This document shows, piece by piece, positions 28,123 to 38,670 of a DNA stretch of 64,000 nt. Origin of the DNA: Patescibacteria group bacterium (GTDB taxonomy: Bacteria; Patescibacteriota; WWE3; JAMCXX01; JBBTUG01). Below the pieces are notes generated by a model. The model was not told the DNA's origin. It was given only the letters and a program-made list of their open reading frames with translations, and did not search any database. The position numbers and the translations under genes are program-made. The stretch covers positions 78,165-142,164 of the forward strand of contig JBBTUG010000012.1 of NCBI GenBank assembly GCA_038063895.1, written 5' to 3'. Each line of letters starts with the position of its first letter. Within the stretch, counting starts at the first letter, position 1.

Positions 28123-28596
28123 TTAAGCTCCCCAACGGAAATGGGCAAAGGCTTTATTGGCTTCGGCCATCCGGTGCATTTCTTCTTTCTTTTTCATCGC
28201 CGCGCCGGTACCCTTCAAAATATCCTGCAATTCGGCCGCTAATTTTTCGGCCATCGGGATTCCTTTGCGCATCTGGGCGGAACGGACAATCCATCGCAAA
28301 GCCAGAGACTCCGCCCGTTCGTAGCGGACCGGGGAGGGCACCTGGTATGTGGCCCCGCCGACCCGGCGGGCTTTAACTTCCTGGGCGGGCGTCACGTTAT
28401 CCACCGCCGTTTTCAACATATTCTTAGCCTCAGTCTTATCCGTACTTAAAGAATTCAACGCCGAATAGACGATCCGCACCGCCGTCGATTTCTTCCCCTG
28501 AATCATCACGCGGTTAATCAGCTTGCTAACCAGCGGCGATTTGTAGAGGGACTCTAATTTTATTGGAACTCTTTTGACTTTTCCGCTTCTTGGCAT
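28123..28596 (-). CDS. rpsG: 30S ribosomal protein S7
   Basis: MPRSGKVKRVPIKL...QGKKSTAVRIVY. Confidence 0.9.
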   Translation of the reverse strand: MPRSGKVKRVPIKLESLYKSPLVSKLINRVMIQGKKSTAVRIVYSALNSLSTDKTEAKNMLKTAVDNVTPAQEVKARRVGGATYQVPSPVRYERAESLALRWIVRSAQMRKGIPMAEKLAAELQDILKGTGAAMKKKEEMHRMAEANKAFAHFRWGA

Positions 28597-28600
28597 AATT

Positions 28601-29032
28601 TTAACTTCCTTCCGTCTTTTTTAACTTACTTAATTTCGTACCGTATTTCGATCGGCCTCGGCGCCTTTTTTCAACACCACCCGTATCGTAGTGTCCGCGG
28701 ATAATCGTATATTTCACTCCCGGCAAATCCTGAATCCGTCCTCCCCGGACCATTACGACTGAGTGCTCCTGAAGATTGTGGCCCTCGCCGGGAATGTACG
28801 CAGTGACTTCGCGGCCGTTAGAGAGACGGACCCTAGCCACTTTCCGCAAAGCCGAATTAGGCTTCTTCGGAGTCATTGTTTTCACCTGAATCGCTACCCC
28901 GCGTTTAAAGGGCGAAGAAACTTTCCGGAAGCGGCGCTTTAAACTGGAGTAAACTTCCGTTAAGGCTTTTGTTTTTGAACGCTTTCTTTTCTTAGTTCTT
29001 TTATTATTGATCAGCTGTTGAATCGTTGGCAT
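28601..29032 (-). CDS. rpsL: 30S ribosomal protein S12 (with a Lys/Arg-rich N-terminal insertion)
   Basis: [60 protein letters not shown]. Confidence 0.9.
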   Translation of the reverse strand: MPTIQQLINNKRTKKRKRSKTKALTEVYSSLKRRFRKVSSPFKRGVAIQVKTMTPKKPNSALRKVARVRLSNGREVTAYIPGEGHNLQEHSVVMVRGGRIQDLPGVKYTIIRGHYDTGGVEKRRRGRSKYGTKLSKLKKTEGS

Positions 29033-29040
29033 AGTCCCTG

Positions 29041-32000
29041 TTAAAGAGTCCGGTCAATCCGTGCTCGCTCGCCGGTCGGAATCAGACGGCCGATAATGAC
29101 GTTCTCTTTTAAACCCCACAACCGGTCGACTTTTCCGGACAGGGCGGCTTCCGTTAAGACCCGAGTCGTTTCCTGGAAAGAAGCGGCGGCCAAGAAGCTT
29201 TCCGTCGCCAAAGAGGCTTTTGTAATTCCCAGCAGGATAATCTTGGCGGTAGCCGGTCGGCGGCCTTCAGCCAGTAAACGCTCATTTTCATCTTCAAAGA
29301 AGTAGCGGCTGACAATCTCGCCGGGAAGGAATTTACCGTCGCCGGGATTATCAATCCGGACCCGGGAGAACATTTGCCGGACGATAACTTCCACGTGCTT
29401 GTCGTTTAAGTTAACCCCTTGGGTCGAGTAAACTCTCTGGATTTCCGAAACGATATACTTTTTCGTGCCCTCGATCCCGACTACCTGAACCAGACGGGGG
29501 AGATTTAAATGCCCTTCGGTCAAAGCCTGACCCGGCCGGACCACGTCACCCTCGGAAATCAGTATCTCTGCGGTGGGATCAATATCGTAAGTAAATTCCT
29601 GGCTGCGGGAATTATCGTCTGCGGAGGTCAAAACAATCCTCCGGCTTTCTCCTTCGGTCACGATCTGAACCCGCCCCGTAACATCTGCCATCACCGCCAA
29701 AGTACTTGGATTACGGGCCTCAAAAACCTCTTCCACGCGCGGCAGACCTTGGGTAATATCCTTCCCGACAATTCCACCGGTGTGATAAGTCCGGAGAGTC
29801 AACTGGGTTCCCGGTTCTCCGATTGACTGGGCGGCTGTCACCCCAATCGCCGTTCCCACCAGCACCAGTTTCTTCGTCGCCAGATCCCGACCGTAACAGG
29901 AGGCACAGACTCCGTAATGAGCTTCACAAGTCATTGGGGAACGGGCAAAGATCCGCTCAATTCCGGCCGCGCCGATTTTCCCGGCAATCTCCTCGTCAAC
30001 CAAGGTTCCCGCCGGGAAAAGAACTTTCTTCCCGCTGGCGTCTTTCACTTCTTCCGCCAACACCCGACCGGCAACCCGCTCCAAAAAGTTCGACAGTACG
30101 GTCTCTTCACCCTTGATGATTTCTAAGCTCTGGGCGGTTCCGCAGTCTTCGATCCGCACCAGCACTTCCTGGGCCACATCAACCAACCGGCGGGTTAAGT
30201 AACCGGCGTCAGCGGTTTTAAGGGCGGTATCAACTAATCCCTTGCGGGCTCCGCGCGCACCGGCAAAGTATTCGAAACCGCTAAGGCCCTCGACGTAGTT
30301 GGACCGGATCGGCAGCTCGACGAGGTGTCCGGTCGGGTCGACAATTAAACCCCTCATTCCCGCAATCTGCTTTACCATGTCTCGGGTTCCCCGGGCACCG
30401 GAACTCACCATCATCTTGATCGGGTTGTCTTTTTCCAGATTGTCCCAAGTTAACTTATCAATCGTATTGGTCGCGTCAGTCCACACCTGTTCGGAAAGGC
30501 GCAGCTTTTCCCGTTTGGTGATCAGCCCCCGACGGAAGTTCCGGTCAATCTCCGCGGCCTTCATTGTCGACTGCTCAATAATCCCATATTTTTGGGGGGG
30601 AATCTTCCCATCCGTAATGGCCATCGACATTCCCGAAACCGTCGAAAAACGGAAACCCATATTTTTAAAGTCATCAATAAGACGGACGGTCCGGACGCGG
30701 CCTTCGTGAAGCAGCGACCGCTCAACTAGTTTCTTCAGGGCCCCGTTTTCTTTGTTAATCTCGTCGTTAAAGAATTCAAAAGCACTCGGCAAAATACTGT
30801 TGAAAATAATCCGGCCTAAAGTCGTTTCGATCAGCTCTCCGTTAATCCGGACCTTAACCGGCTCCCGGAGGTATACCCGTCCGATCTCGTAAGAGTAAAG
30901 CGCGTCTTCAATATCGGCGAAAATTTTCCCTGTGGCGCTACTTGGACGGGCGGTCGTTAAGTAATGCAAACCCACCAGCATTTCCCGGTTCGGAATGGTA
31001 ATCGGCACCCCACTGCTCGGGTAAAGAAGATTTTTGCTGGAAAGCATAATGTCGTTGGCCTCGCGGCGGGCGTTATCCGACAGCGGAATGTGAACAGCCA
31101 TCTGGTCTCCGTCAAAGTCGGCGTTGTAACCGCCGCAAACACACGGGTGGAGCTGAATGGCATAGCCATCAATCAGCTTCGGGTAGAAAGCCTGGATTCC
31201 CAGACGGTGGAGAGTCGGAGCGCGGTTTAAGAGAACCGGATGATCTTTAACAATGTTTTCCAAAATATCCCAAACTTCATCACTGCCGGAGTCCAAAACA
31301 TAGCGGGCGCTTTTTAAATTGGGCGCCAAACCGCGGACCATCACTTCCCGTAAGACGAAGGGCTTGAAAAGTTCCAAAGCCATATCTTTCGGTAAGCCAC
31401 ACTCTTCCAATTTAAGATGCGGCCCGACGACGATCACGCTCCGGCCGGAGTAATCAACCCTCTTTCCCAATAAATTACGGCGGAACCGGCCCTGCTTTCC
31501 TTTCAACAGATCGGAGAGGGAGCGCAATTTTTGTTTCCCGCGCATCGGCCGGACTTGGGTGTGCTGCTTGCTGCTGTCGATCAGGGCGTCAACCGCTTCC
31601 TGCAACATCCTTTTTTCATTGCGGATAATAATTTCCGGGGCGCCCAATTCAAGCAGTTTCTTTAAACGGTTGTTGCGGTTAATCACCCGGCGGTAGAGGT
31701 CGTTGTGGTCGGAGGTCGCAAACCGTCCGCCCTCCAGTTGCACCATCGGCCGCAAATCCGGCGGGATTACGGCGATATGACGGGTAATCATCCATTCCGC
31801 TTTAACTTCCGCCAACCGCATTCCCTCGACTAAACGAAGTCTTTTCGCGAGTTTAATCCGCCGCGGTCCGATTGCCTTCGCCAATTTCCGGTGCAGTGAT
31901 TTTGCAATCTCATCCAAATCAACCGCCTTTAATACCTGGTCCACAGCTTCCGCTCCCATCGCCACTTTCGTAAAACGGTCGAGGTAGTCACTCAGCTCGT

Positions 32001-32754
32001 TGTATTTCGCTTCCGGAATAACCGTGAGGTAATCGACACTCTTCAGATAAGTTTCCCATTCTTTAAAGCGGTCTTCGATCTTACCGAGCTCATTCGCGAG
32101 AGCTTCCCGTAGCTGGCTGATTTCTCGCCGAGCCGTCATCGTCAGTGATCGGCTTTTATTTTCCATTGCGTTTTTGTCGGCGGAACTTTTTTCCAAAGTC
32201 GCGATGGCTTTTTCAACTTCTCTCTCCCGTTCCTTAATCTTCCGTTCGGTTTCCTTTTCCGCTTTTTCCTTACTTTCAAGTTCTTTTTTGGCTAAGAGAC
32301 TTACCGCCTCGGCCCGGTGGACGGGATTGAAATTGACGACGAGGTAAGAAGCAAAGTAGATAACCGTTTCCAACTCCCGGGGAGAGACATCCAAAAGAAT
32401 GCCGGCCGGAGAAGGAATCCCGCGGAAATACCAGACATGGGCGCAGGGGGTTGACAGGGTAATATGCCCCATCCGCTCACGCCGCACCCGGGAATAGGTA
32501 ACCTCGACACCACACTTATCGCAGATAACGCCTTTATAACGGATCCGCTTGTATTTTCCGCAGTAGCATTCGAAGTCTTTGGTCGGGCCGAAAATCCGCT
32601 CATCAAATAAACCGTCTTTTTCGGCTTTAAAGGTCCGGTAATTTATTGTTTCCGGCTTGACCACTTCACCGTGCGACCACGAAAGAACGTCCTCAGGCGA
32701 GGCAACGCTGATCCGCAGAGCATCAAATTCTTTTAGACTTTCTAGAGTTTCCAT
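29041..32754 (-). CDS. rpoC: DNA-directed RNA polymerase subunit beta'
   Basis: 1237 aa; zinc-binding CxxC near the N-terminus, NADFDGD catalytic motif ([13 protein letters not shown]). Confidence 0.95.
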   Translation of the reverse strand: METLESLKEFDALRISVASPEDVLSWSHGEVVKPETINYRTFKAEKDGLFDERIFGPTKDFECYCGKYKRIRYKGVICDKCGVEVTYSRVRRERMGHITLSTPCAHVWYFRGIPSPAGILLDVSPRELETVIYFASYLVVNFNPVHRAEAVSLLAKKELESKEKAEKETERKIKEREREVEKAIATLEKSSADKNAMENKSRSLTMTARREISQLREALANELGKIEDRFKEWETYLKSVDYLTVIPEAKYNELSDYLDRFTKVAMGAEAVDQVLKAVDLDEIAKSLHRKLAKAIGPRRIKLAKRLRLVEGMRLAEVKAEWMITRHIAVIPPDLRPMVQLEGGRFATSDHNDLYRRVINRNNRLKKLLELGAPEIIIRNEKRMLQEAVDALIDSSKQHTQVRPMRGKQKLRSLSDLLKGKQGRFRRNLLGKRVDYSGRSVIVVGPHLKLEECGLPKDMALELFKPFVLREVMVRGLAPNLKSARYVLDSGSDEVWDILENIVKDHPVLLNRAPTLHRLGIQAFYPKLIDGYAIQLHPCVCGGYNADFDGDQMAVHIPLSDNARREANDIMLSSKNLLYPSSGVPITIPNREMLVGLHYLTTARPSSATGKIFADIEDALYSYEIGRVYLREPVKVRINGELIETTLGRIIFNSILPSAFEFFNDEINKENGALKKLVERSLLHEGRVRTVRLIDDFKNMGFRFSTVSGMSMAITDGKIPPQKYGIIEQSTMKAAEIDRNFRRGLITKREKLRLSEQVWTDATNTIDKLTWDNLEKDNPIKMMVSSGARGTRDMVKQIAGMRGLIVDPTGHLVELPIRSNYVEGLSGFEYFAGARGARKGLVDTALKTADAGYLTRRLVDVAQEVLVRIEDCGTAQSLEIIKGEETVLSNFLERVAGRVLAEEVKDASGKKVLFPAGTLVDEEIAGKIGAAGIERIFARSPMTCEAHYGVCASCYGRDLATKKLVLVGTAIGVTAAQSIGEPGTQLTLRTYHTGGIVGKDITQGLPRVEEVFEARNPSTLAVMADVTGRVQIVTEGESRRIVLTSADDNSRSQEFTYDIDPTAEILISEGDVVRPGQALTEGHLNLPRLVQVVGIEGTKKYIVSEIQRVYSTQGVNLNDKHVEVIVRQMFSRVRIDNPGDGKFLPGEIVSRYFFEDENERLLAEGRRPATAKIILLGITKASLATESFLAAASFQETTRVLTEAALSGKVDRLWGLKENVIIGRLIPTGERARIDRTL

Positions 32755-32772
32755 AGTAGTTTGGAACTAACG

Positions 32773-32838
32773 CCACGAATATTCTCCACAAATAGACCAC
32801 GAATCGATTAGTGGTTAATTCGTGAAGGAAATTAGTGA
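32773..32838. promoter_or_regulatory. 66-bp symmetric six-octamer element, copy A, immediately upstream of rpoC (between the PHP gene and rpoC)
   Basis: ccacgaat-N5-ccacaaat-N4-ccacgaat-cg-attagtgg-N3-attcgtga-N5-attagtga, symmetric about 32805/32806. The reverse complement aligns with copy B over about 85 nt including flanks. Confidence 0.7.
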
Positions 32839-32850
32839 CATTCCTTCCTT

Positions 32851-33921
32851 TTACTCCCTTACCGAGCTCCATTCTAAACTCGGTTTAGCAGCCTTTATCA
32901 TCTCCGCCGCCATTCCCACCGTCCGAGACGCCAACGCACTCCCGCTAAAAGCCATTAAATCCGCCTCGTTGTGTATATCACCTCCGCCGCTGGCAAGCAA
33001 GCCGTATTTTCCCGTTATTCCGGCTAAACTCTTCTGATCCGCCTTAATTTCATCCTTGCCCTCAGTCACGTTGACTCCGTAAACTACCTCAATTCCATCA
33101 AGTCGGTGTTCCCGAGCCAGCCGCTCAACCCACGCTTCGGTCAGTACTTTTTTACTAAATGTCCAGTGCGCTAAAATTGCCACTCCGCCAGAGCGACGAA
33201 TTAAAGATACCGCGTCATCCAACTGCAAAGAGTCGTTATAAGGGACATAGATCCCCTTAATTATTGCGCTCTCACCGAGCAACAAACGGAAGAGCTGTTC
33301 CTTCGCTGAGGCTTTGGTCAGCAGTTCCGCATCAGCACCGCTGCTTATCTCCTGATCGACCAGCTCTGCCAATCGGTTGCGATTAACCGGATTAATTAAC
33401 AATGCCTCGGCAATGTGCGGACGTCCGATCGAAGGTCCTTCTGATACCGCTAAGACGTCCTCAACCGTGATCACAAACCCAGTCCGCTCAAGGTTCCCAA
33501 TCATCAACCGGGCCCGGGCTAACCGTTCCTCCTGGCGCTCCCGACAATGATCCAGTAAACGTTTATTTCGCGGGTCAACAAACAGACCGACGATATGAAA
33601 GAGCGGCACCTCCTCGACCAACTCCCGGACGTGACTGACTGAAAGCTCAATCCCCACAATGAATTTGGTCGGATGCGCCTTTAACCCATTCAGTTCCTGA
33701 AGAGCCGATTCATCCGGCAGCGCATCGTGATCGGTGAAGGCCGCTACCCCCACATTATATTTTTGGCAGGCATTAAGAATCCCGCCATAACTTAAAGTGC
33801 CGTCGGAAGTCCTGGTGTGACAGTGCAGACTTTCCAACTCTTTATTGATTCGACTCATTCCCGGCCTCAGCATTTTTTTCGGCTGCCGGAGGTGCTGTCG
33901 GCTCACTGATTTCCGGCTCAA
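32851..33921 (-). CDS. PHP-domain (polymerase/histidinol-phosphatase-like) metal-dependent phosphoesterase. The listed start overlaps the rpoB 3' end; the likely true start is the Met at 33858.
   Basis: HCHTRTSDGTLS...AFTDHDAL is the PHP His-rich motif. The ORF-track start uses an upstream alternative start codon. Confidence 0.65.
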   Translation of the reverse strand: MSRKSVSRQHLRQPKKMLRPGMSRINKELESLHCHTRTSDGTLSYGGILNACQKYNVGVAAFTDHDALPDESALQELNGLKAHPTKFIVGIELSVSHVRELVEEVPLFHIVGLFVDPRNKRLLDHCRERQEERLARARLMIGNLERTGFVITVEDVLAVSEGPSIGRPHIAEALLINPVNRNRLAELVDQEISSGADAELLTKASAKEQLFRLLLGESAIIKGIYVPYNDSLQLDDAVSLIRRSGGVAILAHWTFSKKVLTEAWVERLAREHRLDGIEVVYGVNVTEGKDEIKADQKSLAGITGKYGLLASGGGDIHNEADLMAFSGSALASRTVGMAAEMIKAAKPSLEWSSVRE

Positions 33922-36900
33922 CCGGTTGCTTTTTCTCCACGGATATTGTCTCCACTTTTAAACCCAGTCCGTTCAGTTCCCGGACCAGCAACTTGAATGA
34001 TTCCGGAATCGTCGCTTCGGGAATCGGTTCGCCCTGGATAATCGCCTGGTATGCGCGGGTCCGGCCAACCAGATCATCCGATTTAATCGTCAGCATTTCC
34101 TGAAGAACATGGGCAGCGCCGTAAGCTTCAAGGGCCCAAACTTCCATCTCACCGAAACGCTGGCCGCCAAACTGCGCCTTGCCACCCAGAGGCTGCTGGG
34201 TAATCAGGCCGTAAGGACCGATAGAACGGGCGTGGGCTTTATCCTCAGCCATGTGGGTCAGTTTCAGGACATAAGCCTGACCGACAACGATCTCCTGATC
34301 AAAGTATTCGCCCGTGCGGCCGTCGATAAGTTTTGTTTTTCCGCTAACGGGGAGTCCCGCTTTTTTAAACTCTTCCTGTAGATAACTCATCTTGAAAGGT
34401 TCGAAGGCGGGAACAGCGTATGTCTTACCAAGCTTTTTTGCCGCCCAACCCAAGTGAGTTTCCAACAGCTGGCCGATGTTCATACGGGAAACGACGGAGG
34501 CGGGTGAGAGAATAAAATCAATCGGGGTACCGTCGGGCATATAGGGCATGTCTTCAACCGGAACGATTTTGGAAATAACACCCTTGTTACCATGCCGTCC
34601 CGCCAGTTTATCACCGACCGTAATCTTCCGGATCTGGGCCACGAAAGTCGATATCTCCTTGATAACTCCGGCTGACAACTCATCCCCCGCCGCCTTTTCC
34701 AGCACTTTGACTCCGATGACCGTACCATACTCTCCGTGCGGAACCCGCAGGGAGTTGTCTCTGACTTCCCTAGCTTTCTCACCGAAAATCGCCCGCAGCA
34801 ATCTCTCTTCCGCGGAAAGTTCTGTTTCCCCCTTCGGCGCGATTTTACCGACGAGAATATCTCCTGACTTAACCTGCGCTCCGACATAAACAATTCCGTT
34901 TTCGTCCAAATTCCGTAAAGATTCTTCCGAAACATTCGGGATATCGCGGGTAATTTCCTCGGGCCCCAGCTTAGTTTCCAAAACCTGAACGGTATGTTTG
35001 GAAATATGGATTGAGGAAAGGGCATCTTCTTTCAACAGCCTTTCGGAGATGATCAAAGCGTCCTCGTAACCGAACCCCTCCCAAAACATGTAAGCAATCC
35101 GCAAGTTAGTCCCCAAAGCTAACTCTCCCTGGTCAGTCGCCGGGCCGTCGGCTAAAACGTCGCCCTTCTTAACCTTTTGATCGGCGGAAACGATTGGCCG
35201 CTGATCGTAGCAAGTTTCCTGGTTGGACATAACATATTTCTGCAATTTATAGGAATCCTTCTTTCCGTTGGCTTTTTTAATTACGATATTTTCAGCATCC
35301 ACGTAACTGACCGTGCCGCCTTCTTTGGCGACAACCGCAACGCCGGAGTTAACCGCAATATCATGCTCCAAACCGGTTCCGACTAACGGAGCTTGGGGAC
35401 GGAGCAACGGCACTGCCTGCGCCTGTTGGTTAGTTCCGATAAGGGCCCGGGTAACGTCGTCGTGAGCTAGGAACGGAACTAGAGCGGCCGAAGCGCCGAC
35501 AATCTGCCGCGGCACAACGTCCATGTAGTTCGCGTTAACCGATTGGCCGATGAAAAATTCCGATCCGTGCCGGAGGGGCACCCGGTCTTCTTTAACGATG
35601 CCTTTTTCGTCAAACTCGATTGAGGCGTCCATAATCGTGTATTTCTCGTCGTCATAGGCGGCCAGGTAGACAACTTCATCGGTCACCTTCACCTTTTCGA
35701 CCCCACCGACAGTAACTTTTTCCAGGCGGCGGTAAGGGGTTTCCATAAAACCGAATTCGTTGATTTTGGCGTAGAGGGCTAAGTAGGAAATCAGACCGAT
35801 GTTCGGACCTTCAGGCGTCCGGACGGCACAAACCCGGCCGTAATGGCTGTAGTGAGCATCCCGGACCGAGAAAGATGCCCGTTCTTTAGTCAGGCCTCCG
35901 GGACCGACAACACTCATCCGGCGCAAGTGGTCGAGTCCGGCTAAGGGGTTAACCTGCTCCTGGAACTGAGAGAGTTGCCCCGAAGCAAAGAACGAATGAA
36001 TCCGGGCGGTAATTGGGCGGGGAGAAATTAAAACCCCGGGCGGACAAAGCCGTTCCCGCGGTTGGAGACTCATCCTCTCCTTCACGACCCGCTCTAACTG
36101 AAGAAACCCGTAGCGCATTTGTTGGGCAACCAACTCCCCGACGGCACGGACCCGGCGGTTACCAAGATGATCGATATCATCAAATTCGCCGATACCCCGG
36201 TCAAGTTCGATTACGGTCTGGATAATTTTAATCAGGTCCTCTTTTTGGAGAGTGTGATATTTTTCGAGGTTCGGAAAATTTAAGCCCAGCCGTTGATTCG
36301 CTTTAAAACGTCCGACCTTGCCGAGACTGAAACGCCGGGGGTTAAAGAAAACACTCTCGACGACTTGGCGGGCGTTTTCCAAAATTAAAGGGTCGCCAGG
36401 ACGGATCCGGCGGTAAACTTCCAAAATCGCTTCATCGTAAGAAGCCGCGCTGTCGCGTTTCAGGGTTTCTTCGATGTAGAAATGGTCAGGACCGGTATCG
36501 ACCGAGGCAAAAGCGTCTTTTATTTCCTGATTATTTTTTAAGCCGAAAAGGCGGAGCAGGGTTGTCACGGCCAGACGGCGGCGGCGATCAATCCGGACGG
36601 TAATAAAGCCGGTCTTGGCGGTTTCAAACTCCAGCCAGGCGCCGTTTTTCGGAAGAATTTTCGCCCCGGCCAGACGCTCGCCTGTTTCCGCATCCGTCTC
36701 CCCGACAAAAAACACGCCTTCCGAGCGTGTTAATTGGGAAACGACAACCCGCTCAACTCCGTTAATAATAAACGTGCCGTTTTCGGTAATCATCGGCAGT
36801 TCGCCCATGAAAACTTCCTGCTCTAAACTTTTTCCGGAGGGCGATTCAGTCAGGCGGGCTTTAACGTAAAGAGGCGCCTCGTAAGTGACGCCTTTATTGA

Positions 36901-37138
36901 TTGATTCGAAAACGTTGAGTTTGGGCTGCTCAAGACGGGGATCGGAAAAGGACAATTCCCAGCCACGGCCGGTATAGTCCTGGATCGGACTGATCTCTTT
37001 CAAAATTTCGGCAATCCCCTCACTAATAAACCAGTCGTAAGAAACTTTCTGGACGTCAGTAAGGTTGGGAAGGGTTAGGATTTCTTTTTTTTGGGAAAAG
37101 TAATGGCGCATAACTTTAAAGCTAACGGATAACTTCAA
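33842..37138 (-). CDS. rpoB: DNA-directed RNA polymerase subunit beta
   Basis: 1098 aa, conserved beta-subunit regions (e.g. GDKLAGRHGNKGVISKI, FGGQRFGEMEVWALEAYGAAH). Confidence 0.95.
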   Translation of the reverse strand: MKLSVSFKVMRHYFSQKKEILTLPNLTDVQKVSYDWFISEGIAEILKEISPIQDYTGRGWELSFSDPRLEQPKLNVFESINKGVTYEAPLYVKARLTESPSGKSLEQEVFMGELPMITENGTFIINGVERVVVSQLTRSEGVFFVGETDAETGERLAGAKILPKNGAWLEFETAKTGFITVRIDRRRRLAVTTLLRLFGLKNNQEIKDAFASVDTGPDHFYIEETLKRDSAASYDEAILEVYRRIRPGDPLILENARQVVESVFFNPRRFSLGKVGRFKANQRLGLNFPNLEKYHTLQKEDLIKIIQTVIELDRGIGEFDDIDHLGNRRVRAVGELVAQQMRYGFLQLERVVKERMSLQPRERLCPPGVLISPRPITARIHSFFASGQLSQFQEQVNPLAGLDHLRRMSVVGPGGLTKERASFSVRDAHYSHYGRVCAVRTPEGPNIGLISYLALYAKINEFGFMETPYRRLEKVTVGGVEKVKVTDEVVYLAAYDDEKYTIMDASIEFDEKGIVKEDRVPLRHGSEFFIGQSVNANYMDVVPRQIVGASAALVPFLAHDDVTRALIGTNQQAQAVPLLRPQAPLVGTGLEHDIAVNSGVAVVAKEGGTVSYVDAENIVIKKANGKKDSYKLQKYVMSNQETCYDQRPIVSADQKVKKGDVLADGPATDQGELALGTNLRIAYMFWEGFGYEDALIISERLLKEDALSSIHISKHTVQVLETKLGPEEITRDIPNVSEESLRNLDENGIVYVGAQVKSGDILVGKIAPKGETELSAEERLLRAIFGEKAREVRDNSLRVPHGEYGTVIGVKVLEKAAGDELSAGVIKEISTFVAQIRKITVGDKLAGRHGNKGVISKIVPVEDMPYMPDGTPIDFILSPASVVSRMNIGQLLETHLGWAAKKLGKTYAVPAFEPFKMSYLQEEFKKAGLPVSGKTKLIDGRTGEYFDQEIVVGQAYVLKLTHMAEDKAHARSIGPYGLITQQPLGGKAQFGGQRFGEMEVWALEAYGAAHVLQEMLTIKSDDLVGRTRAYQAIIQGEPIPEATIPESFKLLVRELNGLGLKVETISVEKKQPVEPEISEPTAPPAAEKNAEAGNESNQ

Positions 37139-37268
37139 ATACCAATGACAAAAAAAAGGCCGGCGCCCTACGGACGGTCGCTTTACCTAGTTACAAGCCC
37201 TATATTATCTCTTCAAGGCCAAGTTGTCAAGAGTTATTAACACCCTTGGAAACCTATAACGGTCGTGG

Positions 37269-38306
37269 TTAATTTGACAGGTACCGGCCGGCATTTAGGT
37301 TATGCTCTTCAAGCGTTTTAGCGTAGTGCATCCGGCCTTCCTTATCCGAAAGATAGAACCAGTAACCCGTCGCGGCGGGGCGGACCACTGCCGTCATTGT
37401 CGAGAAACCGGGATTACTAATCGGCGTTGGCGGCAGACCTTTATACTTCCGGGTGTTGTAAGGCGAATCAAGTTCTAGGTCCGTGGCTGTGATTTCTTTC
37501 GGCCACCACTCAATGGTGTTGAATTTTGAATTTTGACTTTTTCCTCCAGAGGTAGATCCGCCCTTGGCGGAGATTTTTGAATTTGTAATCGCATACTGCA
37601 AGGTCGCATCAACTTCTAAAGGCCAGTCGTTTTCCAGCCGTTTTAATAGGATGCCGGCGATAATCGGCCGGTCCTCAGCAAACCGGGCCTCCCGCTCAAG
37701 AATTGAGGCGAGGATAACGATGTCTTTTTCCGAGAGGGAACTTTTGGGAAGAGCTTTAATCTTCGCCGCAAAGTTATCCTGCATCATCCCAACCAGCCGT
37801 GCCGCTGTATACCACGCCGGGACAAGATACGTGTCGGGAAATAAGTATCCTTCCAAACTTTTCGTTTCATTTAAAAACTCCGCTATCGATAATGCGGATC
37901 CGCCTTGGGCGGAGAATTTTGAATTTATGTATTCCCCCATCTCCTCACGGCGCCAACCTTCGGGAAAAGTCAGCTTAATATCGGCGCGGCCATGCCCGAG
38001 AATTCCGACGACTTCAGTCAGACTGGCGTTTTGGGGCAAGGAAAAGACCCCGGCCTGGACAAAGGAACCCAAACCGCTCAGCCGGACATACAAACGCAAC
38101 AGGAGGGCTGAATTGATCAACTTTTTATTTTCCAGCTCCTGCGCGATTTTAGATAAAGGCTCTCCCTCACTGACTACGAATTCCACAGGCTCCGCCGGTC
38201 CCGGCTGCCTGTGGTCCAAAGCAGATTGGTAGAAACGAAAACCACCGATTATTAGCGAAACGGCAATTAGGAAAATAATGATCAGTAGCCTGACTGAAGT
38301 TTTCAT
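37269..38306 (-). CDS. mltG: Endolytic murein transglycosylase MltG (YceG family)
   Basis: N-terminal TM anchor; ...GYLFPDTYLV... YceG signature. Confidence 0.8.
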   Translation of the reverse strand: MKTSVRLLIIIFLIAVSLIIGGFRFYQSALDHRQPGPAEPVEFVVSEGEPLSKIAQELENKKLINSALLLRLYVRLSGLGSFVQAGVFSLPQNASLTEVVGILGHGRADIKLTFPEGWRREEMGEYINSKFSAQGGSALSIAEFLNETKSLEGYLFPDTYLVPAWYTAARLVGMMQDNFAAKIKALPKSSLSEKDIVILASILEREARFAEDRPIIAGILLKRLENDWPLEVDATLQYAITNSKISAKGGSTSGGKSQNSKFNTIEWWPKEITATDLELDSPYNTRKYKGLPPTPISNPGFSTMTAVVRPAATGYWFYLSDKEGRMHYAKTLEEHNLNAGRYLSN

Positions 38307-38390
38307 TATTTATTAAGGGTAGCATAACTCTTTCCTCTTTCCCAAGGTTTGCCTCCTTTCCCCTGACCGTGTTAGTTTTATACAGGACAG

Positions 38391-38663
38391 ATGAAAGGCG
38401 GTGATTAATTTCTGGAAAAAGTAATCGGTAAAATTATCCACTTTTACGACCGGCTTGGCGTCGCCATTGTTAAGTTGAGCGATAAACTTAACGCCGGGGA
38501 TAGTCTTCATATCTTAGGCAAACACACTGATTTCACCCAAGTTGCGGAATCGCTCCAGATTGAACACACGGCCGTGGAGGCCGCCGCGAAAGGAGAGGAG
38601 GTCGGAATTAAAGTCAAGGAAAAAGTTCATGAGGGCGATAAAGTATTCCGGGTTGGGGTTTAG
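38391..38663 (+). pseudogene. Small ORF encoding a stand-alone EF-Tu/IF2 'domain 2'-like beta-barrel, interrupted by an in-frame TAA after codon 5 (MKGGD*FLEKVIGK...). Probable pseudogene or fragment.
   Basis: Manual translation gives ...VIGKIIHFYDRLGVAIVKLSDKLNAGDSLHILGKHTDFTQVAESLQIEHTAVEAAAKGEEVGIKVKEKVHEGDKVFRVGV, which resembles translation-factor domain II. ATG at 38391 with an AGGA upstream; in-frame TAA at 38406. Confidence 0.4.
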
Positions 38664-38670
38664 GTGTTAA

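Noticed and set aside
28113-28376. 87-aa plus-strand ORF
   Set aside because: Antisense to rpsG, with no start context.
32781-32793. DnaA-box-like TTCTCCACA within the octamer array
   Set aside because: It matches 8 of 9 positions of TTATCCACA, but the other octamers match poorly, the arrays are far from any dnaA/dnaN locus, and the element's strict dyad symmetry is unlike oriC box clusters.
37264-37273. gtggttaatt 10-mer shared with the 66-bp palindromic element
   Set aside because: Only a single 10-nt match inside the mltG 3' end, with no octamer array or dyad symmetry; coincidental.
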